This document shows positions 18,578 to 26,735 of a stretch of 64,000 nt of DNA, one piece after another. Source of the DNA: Gammaproteobacteria bacterium (GTDB lineage: Bacteria; Pseudomonadota; Gammaproteobacteria; Magnimaribacterales; TMED112); contig JBJLJD010000001.1 in assembly GCA_045563435.1 (NCBI GenBank), positions 2,284 through 66,283 of the forward strand. Reading direction: 5' to 3'. The notes beneath the pieces are model-generated. The model worked only from the letters and a program-made list of their open reading frames with translations, did no database searches and was not told where the DNA came from. The first letter of the stretch is position 1. Each line of letters opens with the position of its first letter. A program made the position numbers and the translations under genes.

Positions 18578-20999
18578 ATTTTTTCTTTAGTGAATTTTTT
18601 GAAATAGAAACATTTTTAAAATCTATTGTTAAATCTGCAGGTCCAAATAAAATCATAGGTGAAATTGTTTTTGATAGATCTAACCCCCTATCAGTTAGGC
18701 ATTTTAATGGCACTGAATATCCATCAAAAGACTTAGATTTCATCAGTAAAGAAGTAACATCAATTGACCCCATACATCCAAATCCACAAGTTGCAGCTAA
18801 AAATATAGCTCCTGAAGATTCCACTACCCTAGCATTAAAGTTTAAAAAACCTGATTGAAAATCCTCAAGTCCAATCACTTCAGTGGTTAAAATATGGAAA
18901 CTATTTAAATTACCATCTGCATTAAAAATAACTCTTAAGGTATCATCCTGTTTATCTACATCTATAAAATCTATCTGTACCACATCATTTTGAGTTGTAT
19001 TATTTGTTGAATTCAATTTAATTTGAGGAGAGTTATTTTCTTGGATGAAGCCCTCAAATGGACTGTTGAATTTTCCTGAAAATATCTCGACCATATCACC
19101 ATAATCTTGTGATTTTTCGAAACTCTCGTCTAGTAAAGCTAGTGCTTTTAGCGACTTATATGTTAATCCATATCCATAATCAAATTCCGCATCGCTTGCA
19201 GGATCATAAAAGGCAATAGTAGATTGATTAGGATTACTAGGCCAGCTAAATGGAAGCTTACCTTGAAAGTCATAATTAACTGAACCATCCTCATTAGCGA
19301 CAAGAACATCTGTCATTCCTCGAGACTCAGTTCCTGGAAGCCATGCAACAACAAATGCGTCAGAGAGATTTATAAATTCATTTGTCCACAATGGTCTCCC
19401 AGTAAAGAAAATAGAGACTACTTTATTTCCATTTCTTTTCAGCCTTTTTAGGGTATTTAAAGTTTTTGAATCTCGATAAAATAAATTCTTTCGATCACCA
19501 ATTCCCTCTGCATATGGCTCTTCTCCATAAGCAACAATTACTAGGTCATAATTCTTATTTAAATCTAAATTAGATAAGGAATTTTTGTGAGTTATTTCGA
19601 GATTTTCATACTCTTTCAATGCTTGCAGAAATGTAACAGAACCGGGGAAATCACTATTAGCATTATTGGCTCCTTGCCAATCTAATGTCCAGCCCCCTGT
19701 TTGAATCTTTAATGAATCAGCAGAGTCACCAATAACAAGAATTTTTTGTTTATTTTTTATTGGTAAGGTTGCATTATTATTCTTAATTAATACAAGCGAT
19801 TCTCTTACAGCTCTTCTTGCTATGTCTCTATTTTTTTGAAGACCTACCTCAGAATATTTTGTCTGATTAGGTACCCTTCCCTCAAACATACCTAGCTGCT
19901 GCTTTACTGTTAATATTCTTTTAACAGCATCATCTAATCTTTCTATTGAGATTTCACCACTTTTTACCTGTTTAACTGTATTTTTGTATAATGCTTTCCA
20001 GTTTTCTGGAACCATAAACATGTCAACTCCAGCATTGAATGATTCAGGGCAGCTTCCAGTATTACAGCCAGGTACCTGCTGATGGCCATTCCAGTCTCCT
20101 ACAATGAATCCAGTAAAATTCATTTTTTCTTTTAGTACTTCAGTTAAAAGGTATTTGTTCCCATGAACCTTAGAACCATTCCATGAGTTAAAACTAGCCA
20201 TTACAACCCTTACACATGAATTAAGAGAAGCGAAATAAGGCTCTCCATGAATTAATCGCATGTTCTCCTCATTGGCTCTTGTATCACCCTGATCTATTCC
20301 TAAGTATGTACCACCATCACCTAGGAAATGTTTAGCTGTTCCCAATATTTTTGCATCATTCAAAAATTCCTTTTCGGTTCCTTGCAATCCTTCAATAAAT
20401 GCACTTCCGAGTTTTGATACAAGAACAGGATCCTCAGAATAACCCTCATAAGTTCTACCCCATCTAAAATTCTGTGGAATTGTTACTGTAGGAGCAAATG
20501 TCCAAAATAACCCTGTTGCAAGAACTTCTTCAGCAACTGCTGCACCAATATCTTCAACAAGCTGGGGATTTGCCGCTGCTCCAATTCCGATATTATGTGG
20601 AAAAATTGTTGCCCCAAAAACATTGCTATGGCCATGCACTGCATCTGTTCCCCATAAGACTGGAATAGATGCACCTGTTTTTTTTGATTCTTCATAAAAT
20701 TCTTGAGCTAAAGATTTCCACTCTGCTGGTGATGCTCTAAGCTTACCTCTTGGTGAAGTATTTCCACCATTGAGCACTGAACCAATAGGATAGTCTCTTA
20801 AATCTGATGGTTCAATAAAATCTAAATCTGCCTGAATTACCTGTCCTACTTTTTCTTCTATACTCATAGTTTTCATGAGGTTGTTAACAAAAGTTTGATC
20901 TGGCAAGGGACAAATCTGCTCTCTTTCCCAATTTACCTCAGAATAAATTAGGGAGGATAGAATCAATGTAAGGCTAAATACTATTCTCATTTTTACCAA
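18567..20999 (-). CDS. GH3 exo-1,3/1,4-beta-glucan glucohydrolase with C-terminal accessory domain
   Basis: WGTDAVHG, IFPHNIGIGA, RWGRTYEGYSED, AKHFLGDGGT, nucleophile GDWNGH and GEEPYAEG. Confidence 0.92.
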   Translation of the reverse strand: MVKMRIVFSLTLILSSLIYSEVNWEREQICPLPDQTFVNNLMKTMSIEEKVGQVIQADLDFIEPSDLRDYPIGSVLNGGNTSPRGKLRASPAEWKSLAQEFYEESKKTGASIPVLWGTDAVHGHSNVFGATIFPHNIGIGAAANPQLVEDIGAAVAEEVLATGLFWTFAPTVTIPQNFRWGRTYEGYSEDPVLVSKLGSAFIEGLQGTEKEFLNDAKILGTAKHFLGDGGTYLGIDQGDTRANEENMRLIHGEPYFASLNSCVRVVMASFNSWNGSKVHGNKYLLTEVLKEKMNFTGFIVGDWNGHQQVPGCNTGSCPESFNAGVDMFMVPENWKALYKNTVKQVKSGEISIERLDDAVKRILTVKQQLGMFEGRVPNQTKYSEVGLQKNRDIARRAVRESLVLIKNNNATLPIKNKQKILVIGDSADSLKIQTGGWTLDWQGANNANSDFPGSVTFLQALKEYENLEITHKNSLSNLDLNKNYDLVIVAYGEEPYAEGIGDRKNLFYRDSKTLNTLKRLKRNGNKVVSIFFTGRPLWTNEFINLSDAFVVAWLPGTESRGMTDVLVANEDGSVNYDFQGKLPFSWPSNPNQSTIAFYDPASDAEFDYGYGLTYKSLKALALLDESFEKSQDYGDMVEIFSGKFNSPFEGFIQENNSPQIKLNSTNNTTQNDVVQIDFIDVDKQDDTLRVIFNADGNLNSFHILTTEVIGLEDFQSGFLNFNARVVESSGAIFLAATCGFGCMGSIDVTSLLMKSKSFDGYSVPLKCLTDRGLDLSKTISPMILFGPADLTIDFKNVSISKNSLKKKFSC

Positions 21000-22594
21000 T
21001 AATAACCATAAATTCCTGACAATATTATTAAGATTGTTATAGAACCATAATTGAATAATTTTGAAGTTTTAAAGTCTTCATAAGTAAGTTTAAAAACCTT
21101 GGCATTATCTGATTTATCAGAAAGCGCAAAACTTATAAGAAATGCAATACCGAAAGAAATTGCCATTTGATGCATAAATGGCTCAATTAGCGATTGGTCT
21201 GTTTGAGCAACATATAACTTCATAATTACACCAACTACTAATGCCACTAAAGAGCCTGCCAAAACTGACTTTGAACTGGATTTCTTTAAAAAGATTGCTG
21301 ATAGGAATACAAATAAAATTACTGGACTAAATAAGCCCATATATTCTTGAACATACTGAAATGCAGAATCTAAACTGCCAAGAAAGATAGGTGCTACTAT
21401 AATTGAGAGAATTAAGCCACATGTCCCTGCAAATCTTCCTACATTTACTAACTGAGTATCTTTTACTTTAGTGTAGTTTTTATAAATATCCATTGTAAAA
21501 ATAGTGCTTAAACTATTAGTCAGTGAAGCTAAAGAAGAGACTATTGCAGCAACAAGTGCAGCAAATGTGAGTCCTAAAATTCCATTCGGAAGTAATGAAA
21601 GCATTGATGGATAAGCTTTAGACCTATCTCCCCCTAAAGATTCAATTACATTCCCTTCTAATGCAACTGCTATTAAACCTGGTAAAACTACAACTATTGG
21701 CATAAATATCTTTAAGAATCCTGCAAACATTAAGCCTTTCTGTGCTTCATCTAAACTTTTTCCTCCTAAGGCTCTTTGAGTGATGTACTGATTTGTTCCC
21801 CAATAATAAAAATGTGCGATCCACATCCCTCCAATAAGGACCCAAATGCCAGGAAGTTTAACATAATTGCCATAAGCAACAGGATCGGTTTCCTTATCAA
21901 CATAAGGAAGAATTGCATCAAACTTTTCTGGAAAATTACTTTGCAACATCGCAAAACCTTCAATTACTCCATTGCCATCAGATAAAGCATTAAGACCTAC
22001 ATACGATACAAAAAGACCTGCAAAAATGAGTAAACTTACTTGAATAACATCAGTGAATGCTACTGCTTTTAATCCTCCATATAGTGAATATGCTAAAGAT
22101 AAACCGCCTAGAAGGGTCATTGAAATAATAAGATCAAGTCCAGTTAGATTATTTACCGCTTTTGCCCCAAGCCATAAAATAGTGGGAAGAATGACCATTA
22201 CATACATTATTAACATTAATGTAGCTAATAAAGTACTAACATTCTTATCGTATCTTTGTGATAAAAGCTGGGGCATTGTGAATACTTTCTGTTTTAAATA
22301 AACAGGCAATAAGAATTTTCCTACAACAATCAATGCTACTGCAGCTGTCCATTCATATGTTGCAATAGCAATTCCCATAGCATAGGCATCTCCGTTCATT
22401 CCAATAATTTGATCTGCAGCAATGTTTGCGGCTATAAGCGAAGTTCCAATAGCCCACCAAGGCAAAGATCTTCCTGCAAGAAAATACTCCTCAGCCGTCT
22501 TTTTTTCACCCTTTTTTGAAAGAGATACGTACGTTGCAATTGCAATTAGAACAACTGCATAAATTCCTACTATTAAATAATCTAAACTATTCAT
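20993..22594 (-). CDS. Sodium:solute (sugar) symporter, SSS/SGLT family
   Basis: YFLAGRSLPWWAIGTSLIAANI, YGGLKAVAFTD and NQYITQRAL; GGAGG Shine-Dalgarno before the ATG at 22594. Confidence 0.92.
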   Translation of the reverse strand: MNSLDYLIVGIYAVVLIAIATYVSLSKKGEKKTAEEYFLAGRSLPWWAIGTSLIAANIAADQIIGMNGDAYAMGIAIATYEWTAAVALIVVGKFLLPVYLKQKVFTMPQLLSQRYDKNVSTLLATLMLIMYVMVILPTILWLGAKAVNNLTGLDLIISMTLLGGLSLAYSLYGGLKAVAFTDVIQVSLLIFAGLFVSYVGLNALSDGNGVIEGFAMLQSNFPEKFDAILPYVDKETDPVAYGNYVKLPGIWVLIGGMWIAHFYYWGTNQYITQRALGGKSLDEAQKGLMFAGFLKIFMPIVVVLPGLIAVALEGNVIESLGGDRSKAYPSMLSLLPNGILGLTFAALVAAIVSSLASLTNSLSTIFTMDIYKNYTKVKDTQLVNVGRFAGTCGLILSIIVAPIFLGSLDSAFQYVQEYMGLFSPVILFVFLSAIFLKKSSSKSVLAGSLVALVVGVIMKLYVAQTDQSLIEPFMHQMAISFGIAFLISFALSDKSDNAKVFKLTYEDFKTSKLFNYGSITILIILSGIYGYYW

Positions 22595-23516
22595 GAAACC
22601 TCCTAACAATTGAATAATTTAAGTTTCCATACAATGGAGTGTGTTCTTTTGTAATTAGATTTATAGAAGTATTTTCAAGTATTTTTTTGTGTTCATTTGA
22701 AGGGTGAGATGTATAGGAAGTATTCATTTTATCATCAAGGTTAAGACCTATTATGCTTCTCATCAAGCTTCCTGCAAGATAAATGCCACCATATGCCAAA
22801 AATGTTAAAGTGAGATCAGATAAAATTTTGCCAAGCGCTTCATTAAATTTTTCCAAAATGAAGCTTGCATGACTGTTATTTCCATATGATTGAACAATTT
22901 CTTCAGATGAAGCCTGTTGGTTTGTTTTGGAATAATATATTTTCTCTAAACCTTTGCCCGACATGAAACTTTCAAGAACTGAAAAATCATTATCATTATT
23001 AATTTCAAAAAGATTAAATAGATAATCATTATAAAGTCTTGTATTGCCTAGCTCTGTTGCAGATACAACAGGATGTCCATTTATATACCTAAGTACAGAA
23101 AAGCCAAGTCCTGTACCTGGACCAATTGCTAAACAAGTTTTTTCTGGATTGCTCACACCTTTTTTTACAGTTTTAAAATCTTCATCTTGTAAAAGTGGTA
23201 GACAATATCCAATTGATTCCCAGTCATTAAGCAAATAGAAATTATCTATTTTTGTATTTTTTTTAAGCTCAATTTCGTCAAGTACTAAATTTCTATTTGT
23301 CATGGTAATTTTATTTTCTCTTTTAGGACCAGCAACAGACATTACTATTTCAGATGTATCAGAACCTTCGACTATTTCTTGAATTATCTTATGGAGTTCT
23401 TCGTTAGCATGTATTTTTTGTTTTGAAATTTTTTGAACGGATTTTTGATACTTATTACCATAACCAACTCTTAAATTAGTTCCCCCAAGGTCTAGCAATA
23501 AGATATCATCAGTCAA
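22587..23516 (-). CDS. glk: Glucokinase
   Basis: LDLGGTNLR, SVAGP, MTN, LLNDWE, IGPGTGLG and GGIYLAGS motifs. Confidence 0.85.
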   Translation of the reverse strand: MTDDILLLDLGGTNLRVGYGNKYQKSVQKISKQKIHANEELHKIIQEIVEGSDTSEIVMSVAGPKRENKITMTNRNLVLDEIELKKNTKIDNFYLLNDWESIGYCLPLLQDEDFKTVKKGVSNPEKTCLAIGPGTGLGFSVLRYINGHPVVSATELGNTRLYNDYLFNLFEINNDNDFSVLESFMSGKGLEKIYYSKTNQQASSEEIVQSYGNNSHASFILEKFNEALGKILSDLTLTFLAYGGIYLAGSLMRSIIGLNLDDKMNTSYTSHPSNEHKKILENTSINLITKEHTPLYGNLNYSIVRRFHE

Positions 23517-23626
23517 AATTTACTCCCAAGATTAATAGAAATTATATAAAAAAAACTGATTGCATAATAGAAAACTTAGAGCAAACTATCCAGCGTCTTA
23601 AGTATAATGAGTTGAGTAAATAAAAT

Positions 23627-24994
23627 ATGGATTGGAAAAATAAAGTTATATATCAAATTTATCCTCGAAGCTTCATGGATTCTTCAGGCAGCGGAACAGG
23701 TGACTTAAATGGGATTAAAAGTAAGATCAATTATATAAAAAACCTTGGTGTAGATTATGTTTGGATTTCTCCATTCTTTGAATCTCCTCAAAAGGACTTT
23801 GGATATGATGTTTCAAATTATAGAAAGGTTGATAAATTATTTGGCAATAATACTGACTTTAAAAATCTTGTTGAACTATTTCATGAAAATGATATTAGAG
23901 TAATTATTGATTTAGTTCTTAGCCATACCTCAGATGAACATAAGTGGTTCAAAGAGAGCTCCAAGAAAATAAAAAATGAATATTCCGACTGGTATGTCTG
24001 GGCTGATGGCGAAGAAAATAAACCTCCAAATAATTGGCTTTCAGTTTTTGGTGGAAGTTCTTGGAAATGGGATCAAAAAAAAGAACAATTTTATCTTCAT
24101 AACTTTTTAGAATCGCAACCAGATCTAAATTTCCACAATGTTGCTGTACAAAATCAAATGTTGGATGAAATACAGTTTTGGTTAGATTTTGGAATTGATG
24201 GATTTAGATTTGATGTTATAAATTTTTTATTTCATGACAAGGGTCTTAGAAATAATCCATATAAGGATATATCTGAAGTTAGGCCACTAGGCTTCAACAA
24301 AGATAACCCCTATGGCTTGCAGCATCACAAATACGATAATACTCAAAAAGATACACTTATTTATTTAGAAAAAATTAGGAAACTTTTAGATAAATATAAT
24401 GCGATTTCAATAGGAGAAATTGTTTCTGATAATCCTCTTAAAACAATTGCAGATTATACAAATAATCAAAGACTGCATATGGCCTATTGTTTTGAATTTC
24501 TCTCTGATGATTTCAATTTTGAAACAGTAGATGAAATTGTAAATAATTTTTTTAACCAGAACCCTGACTCATGGCCTTGTTGGGCATTTAGCAATCACGA
24601 TGCTGCTCGTATCGCTTCTAGGGTAAATAAAACTCCAAAAGAAATTATGGGGAAACTTTTATCACTTAGAGGCAACATATGCATTTATCAAGGAGAAGAG
24701 CTAGGTTTAAGAAACTCAATACTAGAAAAAAAGGATATTAGAGATCCATTTGGACTAAATTTTTGGCCAAAGTTTAAAGGAAGAGATGGTTGTAGAACTC
24801 CCCTGCCATGGAATTCTAAACAAAAAAATTATGGCTTCTCTAGTGGAAGTACCTGGCTACCATGTGATAAAAAATTTGAAAAACTATCGGTAGATATTCA
24901 AGAGAATGATAAAAACTCTATGCTGAACTTTACTAGAGAGAAAATTAGTCAACGAAAAATAAAATTAGTATCGTCACCTGATTCCAGAATATAA
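23627..24994 (+). CDS. GH13 alpha-glucosidase (short, apparently lacking C-terminal domain)
   Basis: IYQIYPRSFMD, DFGYDVS, catalytic GFRFD, IGE and SNHD, IYQGEELG, GRDGCRTP. Confidence 0.88.
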   Translation: MDWKNKVIYQIYPRSFMDSSGSGTGDLNGIKSKINYIKNLGVDYVWISPFFESPQKDFGYDVSNYRKVDKLFGNNTDFKNLVELFHENDIRVIIDLVLSHTSDEHKWFKESSKKIKNEYSDWYVWADGEENKPPNNWLSVFGGSSWKWDQKKEQFYLHNFLESQPDLNFHNVAVQNQMLDEIQFWLDFGIDGFRFDVINFLFHDKGLRNNPYKDISEVRPLGFNKDNPYGLQHHKYDNTQKDTLIYLEKIRKLLDKYNAISIGEIVSDNPLKTIADYTNNQRLHMAYCFEFLSDDFNFETVDEIVNNFFNQNPDSWPCWAFSNHDAARIASRVNKTPKEIMGKLLSLRGNICIYQGEELGLRNSILEKKDIRDPFGLNFWPKFKGRDGCRTPLPWNSKQKNYGFSSGSTWLPCDKKFEKLSVDIQENDKNSMLNFTREKISQRKIKLVSSPDSRI

Positions 24995-25033
24995 GTTGGG
25001 CCAGTTATTCTGATTTATTGTCAGGTAACGATA
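24969..25033 (-). ncRNA. Candidate small structured RNA (two-stem hairpin)
   Basis: 13-bp outer stem 24969-24981/25021-25033 (a G-U pair on the minus strand, a C-A mismatch on plus) and 7-bp inner stem 24985-24991/25006-25012; a minus-strand promoter-like element lies just upstream. Confidence 0.4.
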
Positions 25034-25039
25034 TTTTTT

Positions 25040-25085
25040 ATAATAGTTTTTTTTGCCAAAATGTAAAATAATGCATCATTATTTT
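25040..25085 (-). promoter_or_regulatory. Candidate sigma70 promoter with an overlapping palindromic operator
   Basis: Minus strand TTTACA (25067-25062), 16 bp, TATTAT (25045-25040); inverted repeat AAAATAATG-CAT-CATTATTTT at 25065-25085. Confidence 0.4.
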
Positions 25086-25175
25086 GTATAAAAATTATTT
25101 AAATACTTTTTTTTACTGCAAATTTGCATATTTTGTAAATAAAAATTTGATTTTTGAATTGTATATAATACGCAT

Positions 25176-25595
25176 ATGGCCATTTGGTTTAAAAACTACA
25201 CTTTAGAAGATATTAAAATTCCGCCAACAGGTATTGATGAAAAGCTTGGCATAGAGATTATAGAAATAGGTTCAGATTATATTATTTGCAAAATGCCAGT
25301 TGATGAAAGAACAAAACAGCCTATGGGATTACTGCATGGAGGCGCTTCATGTGTTCTTGCAGAGAGTACAGCAAGCATTGCAGCATTCCTTGTCATAGAT
25401 CCCAAAAAAAAATCTGTTGTTGGATTAAATTTATTAGCTAATCATTTAAAAAGTACCAGAAATGGTTTTGTATATTCAACTGCAAAGCCAAAACACATTG
25501 GAAAAAGTACTTCTGTTTGGGATGTACAAATTACTAATGAAGAAGACCAACTCATTTCACAAATAAGTTTCACTGCTATGCATAAGGATATTTGA
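25176..25595 (+). CDS. Hotdog-fold PaaI thioesterase (MenI/EntH-like)
   Basis: MPVDERTKQPMGLLHGGASCVLAES motif. Confidence 0.88.
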   Translation: MAIWFKNYTLEDIKIPPTGIDEKLGIEIIEIGSDYIICKMPVDERTKQPMGLLHGGASCVLAESTASIAAFLVIDPKKKSVVGLNLLANHLKSTRNGFVYSTAKPKHIGKSTSVWDVQITNEEDQLISQISFTAMHKDI

Positions 25596-25596
25596 T

Positions 25597-26328
25597 ATGA
25601 ATAAACTTAATATTTTTATTTTGTTATTTTTTTCAATGATAGGGTTTTGTGAATATCCAAAATCAATATTATTTATCGGTAATAGCTATCTTTACTATAA
25701 TGACAGCATGCATAACCATGTTGAAGAATTAATGGAAGATTTCTATAAAGAAGAAGAAATAGTCACTAAAAGTGCAACCATTGGCGGATCTCGACTTGAG
25801 AATCATAATATTGATCACCTACTGCAGCCTAAAAATCTACAACGAAAAGAGCAAGTGGATATGGTAATTATGCAAGGAGGAAGTGGTGAAGTCATAGATA
25901 AAGCCTCTAGAAAAAAGTTCATAAAAACTGCAGTGAAATACAGCAAAAAAGCAAGAAAAAAAGGAGTTATACCAGCATTATTCATGACCCATGCCTATAA
26001 AGAAAGTGATGACAGATATGAACCTAATCTTATTGAAAAAATAAAGATGACATATTTTGAAGCAGGCAGACAAAGTAAAGCATTAGTTATTCCTGTTGGA
26101 ATCGCCTATGAAAATGCATACTCAAAAAGACCAGATATAAAATTGCATCATCCTGATGGCTCTCACCCTGGAATGTTAGGTACATATCTTGGAGCTTGTG
26201 TGATTTTTGCCTTTATAACAAGCCAATCACCTGTTGGACTGGATTATAACTATCTAAATCGTGTATCTAATAAGGATAAATTATTTTTACAAGAAATTGC
26301 TTGGCAAACTTACCTTGAATTTAATTAA
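25597..26328 (+). CDS. Secreted SGNH-hydrolase-like protein (DUF4886-like)
   Basis: Signal peptide, LFIGNSY block I, DGSHP catalytic motif, GTYLGAC. Confidence 0.7.
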   Translation: MNKLNIFILLFFSMIGFCEYPKSILFIGNSYLYYNDSMHNHVEELMEDFYKEEEIVTKSATIGGSRLENHNIDHLLQPKNLQRKEQVDMVIMQGGSGEVIDKASRKKFIKTAVKYSKKARKKGVIPALFMTHAYKESDDRYEPNLIEKIKMTYFEAGRQSKALVIPVGIAYENAYSKRPDIKLHHPDGSHPGMLGTYLGACVIFAFITSQSPVGLDYNYLNRVSNKDKLFLQEIAWQTYLEFN

Positions 26329-26348
26329 AGTGCTTATAGAATAAACTC

Positions 26349-26579
26349 ATGACTGAACTTATAGTAAATATTGGAAAAAGAATTAGTAAAGCAGATAGTC
26401 TTGGCCTTACAGTTGTTTACACAATTGGACATATATTTATCGCAACAATCTGCGTATATTTTATTACTGGAGCTCCTCTAAACCTAGCTGCTGCAGACGC
26501 TTTTATTGAACCTATGATAAATGGAGTTTGGTTTTACTTTCTTCACTCTACTTGGAAGAGATTTAATAAAACTTCCTGA
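26349..26579 (+). CDS. Small membrane protein (DUF2061-like)
   Basis: YTIGH..IA...ITGA......A.IEP.ING.WFY.LH..W pattern, two hydrophobic segments. Confidence 0.65.
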   Translation: MTELIVNIGKRISKADSLGLTVVYTIGHIFIATICVYFITGAPLNLAAADAFIEPMINGVWFYFLHSTWKRFNKTS

Positions 26580-26580
26580 T

Positions 26581-26656
26581 TGGTGGAGCCAAGGGGGATC
26601 GAACCCCTGACCTCAACGCTGCCAGCGTCGCGCTCTCCCAGCTGAGCTATGGCCCC
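26581..26656 (-). tRNA. tRNA-Ala(GGC)
   Basis: GGGGCCATAGCTCAGCTGGGAGAGCG...CTGGCAG...GGTTCGATCC...CTCCACCA; cloverleaf with encoded CCA. Confidence 0.97.
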
Positions 26657-26735
26657 TCAATAAACTTGTAAATTCTATCTTATTTCCTGTAAAATGTTAT
26701 TAAATTTGAGGATAAATAGTTTTCTAGGGGGTCCA

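Noticed and set aside
24969-25033. Assignment of the hairpin to SRP RNA, 6S RNA or a CsrB/Rsm RNA
   Set aside because: It lacks the SRP domain IV tetraloop motif, is far shorter than 6S and has no repeated GGA loops; it is kept only as an unknown candidate.
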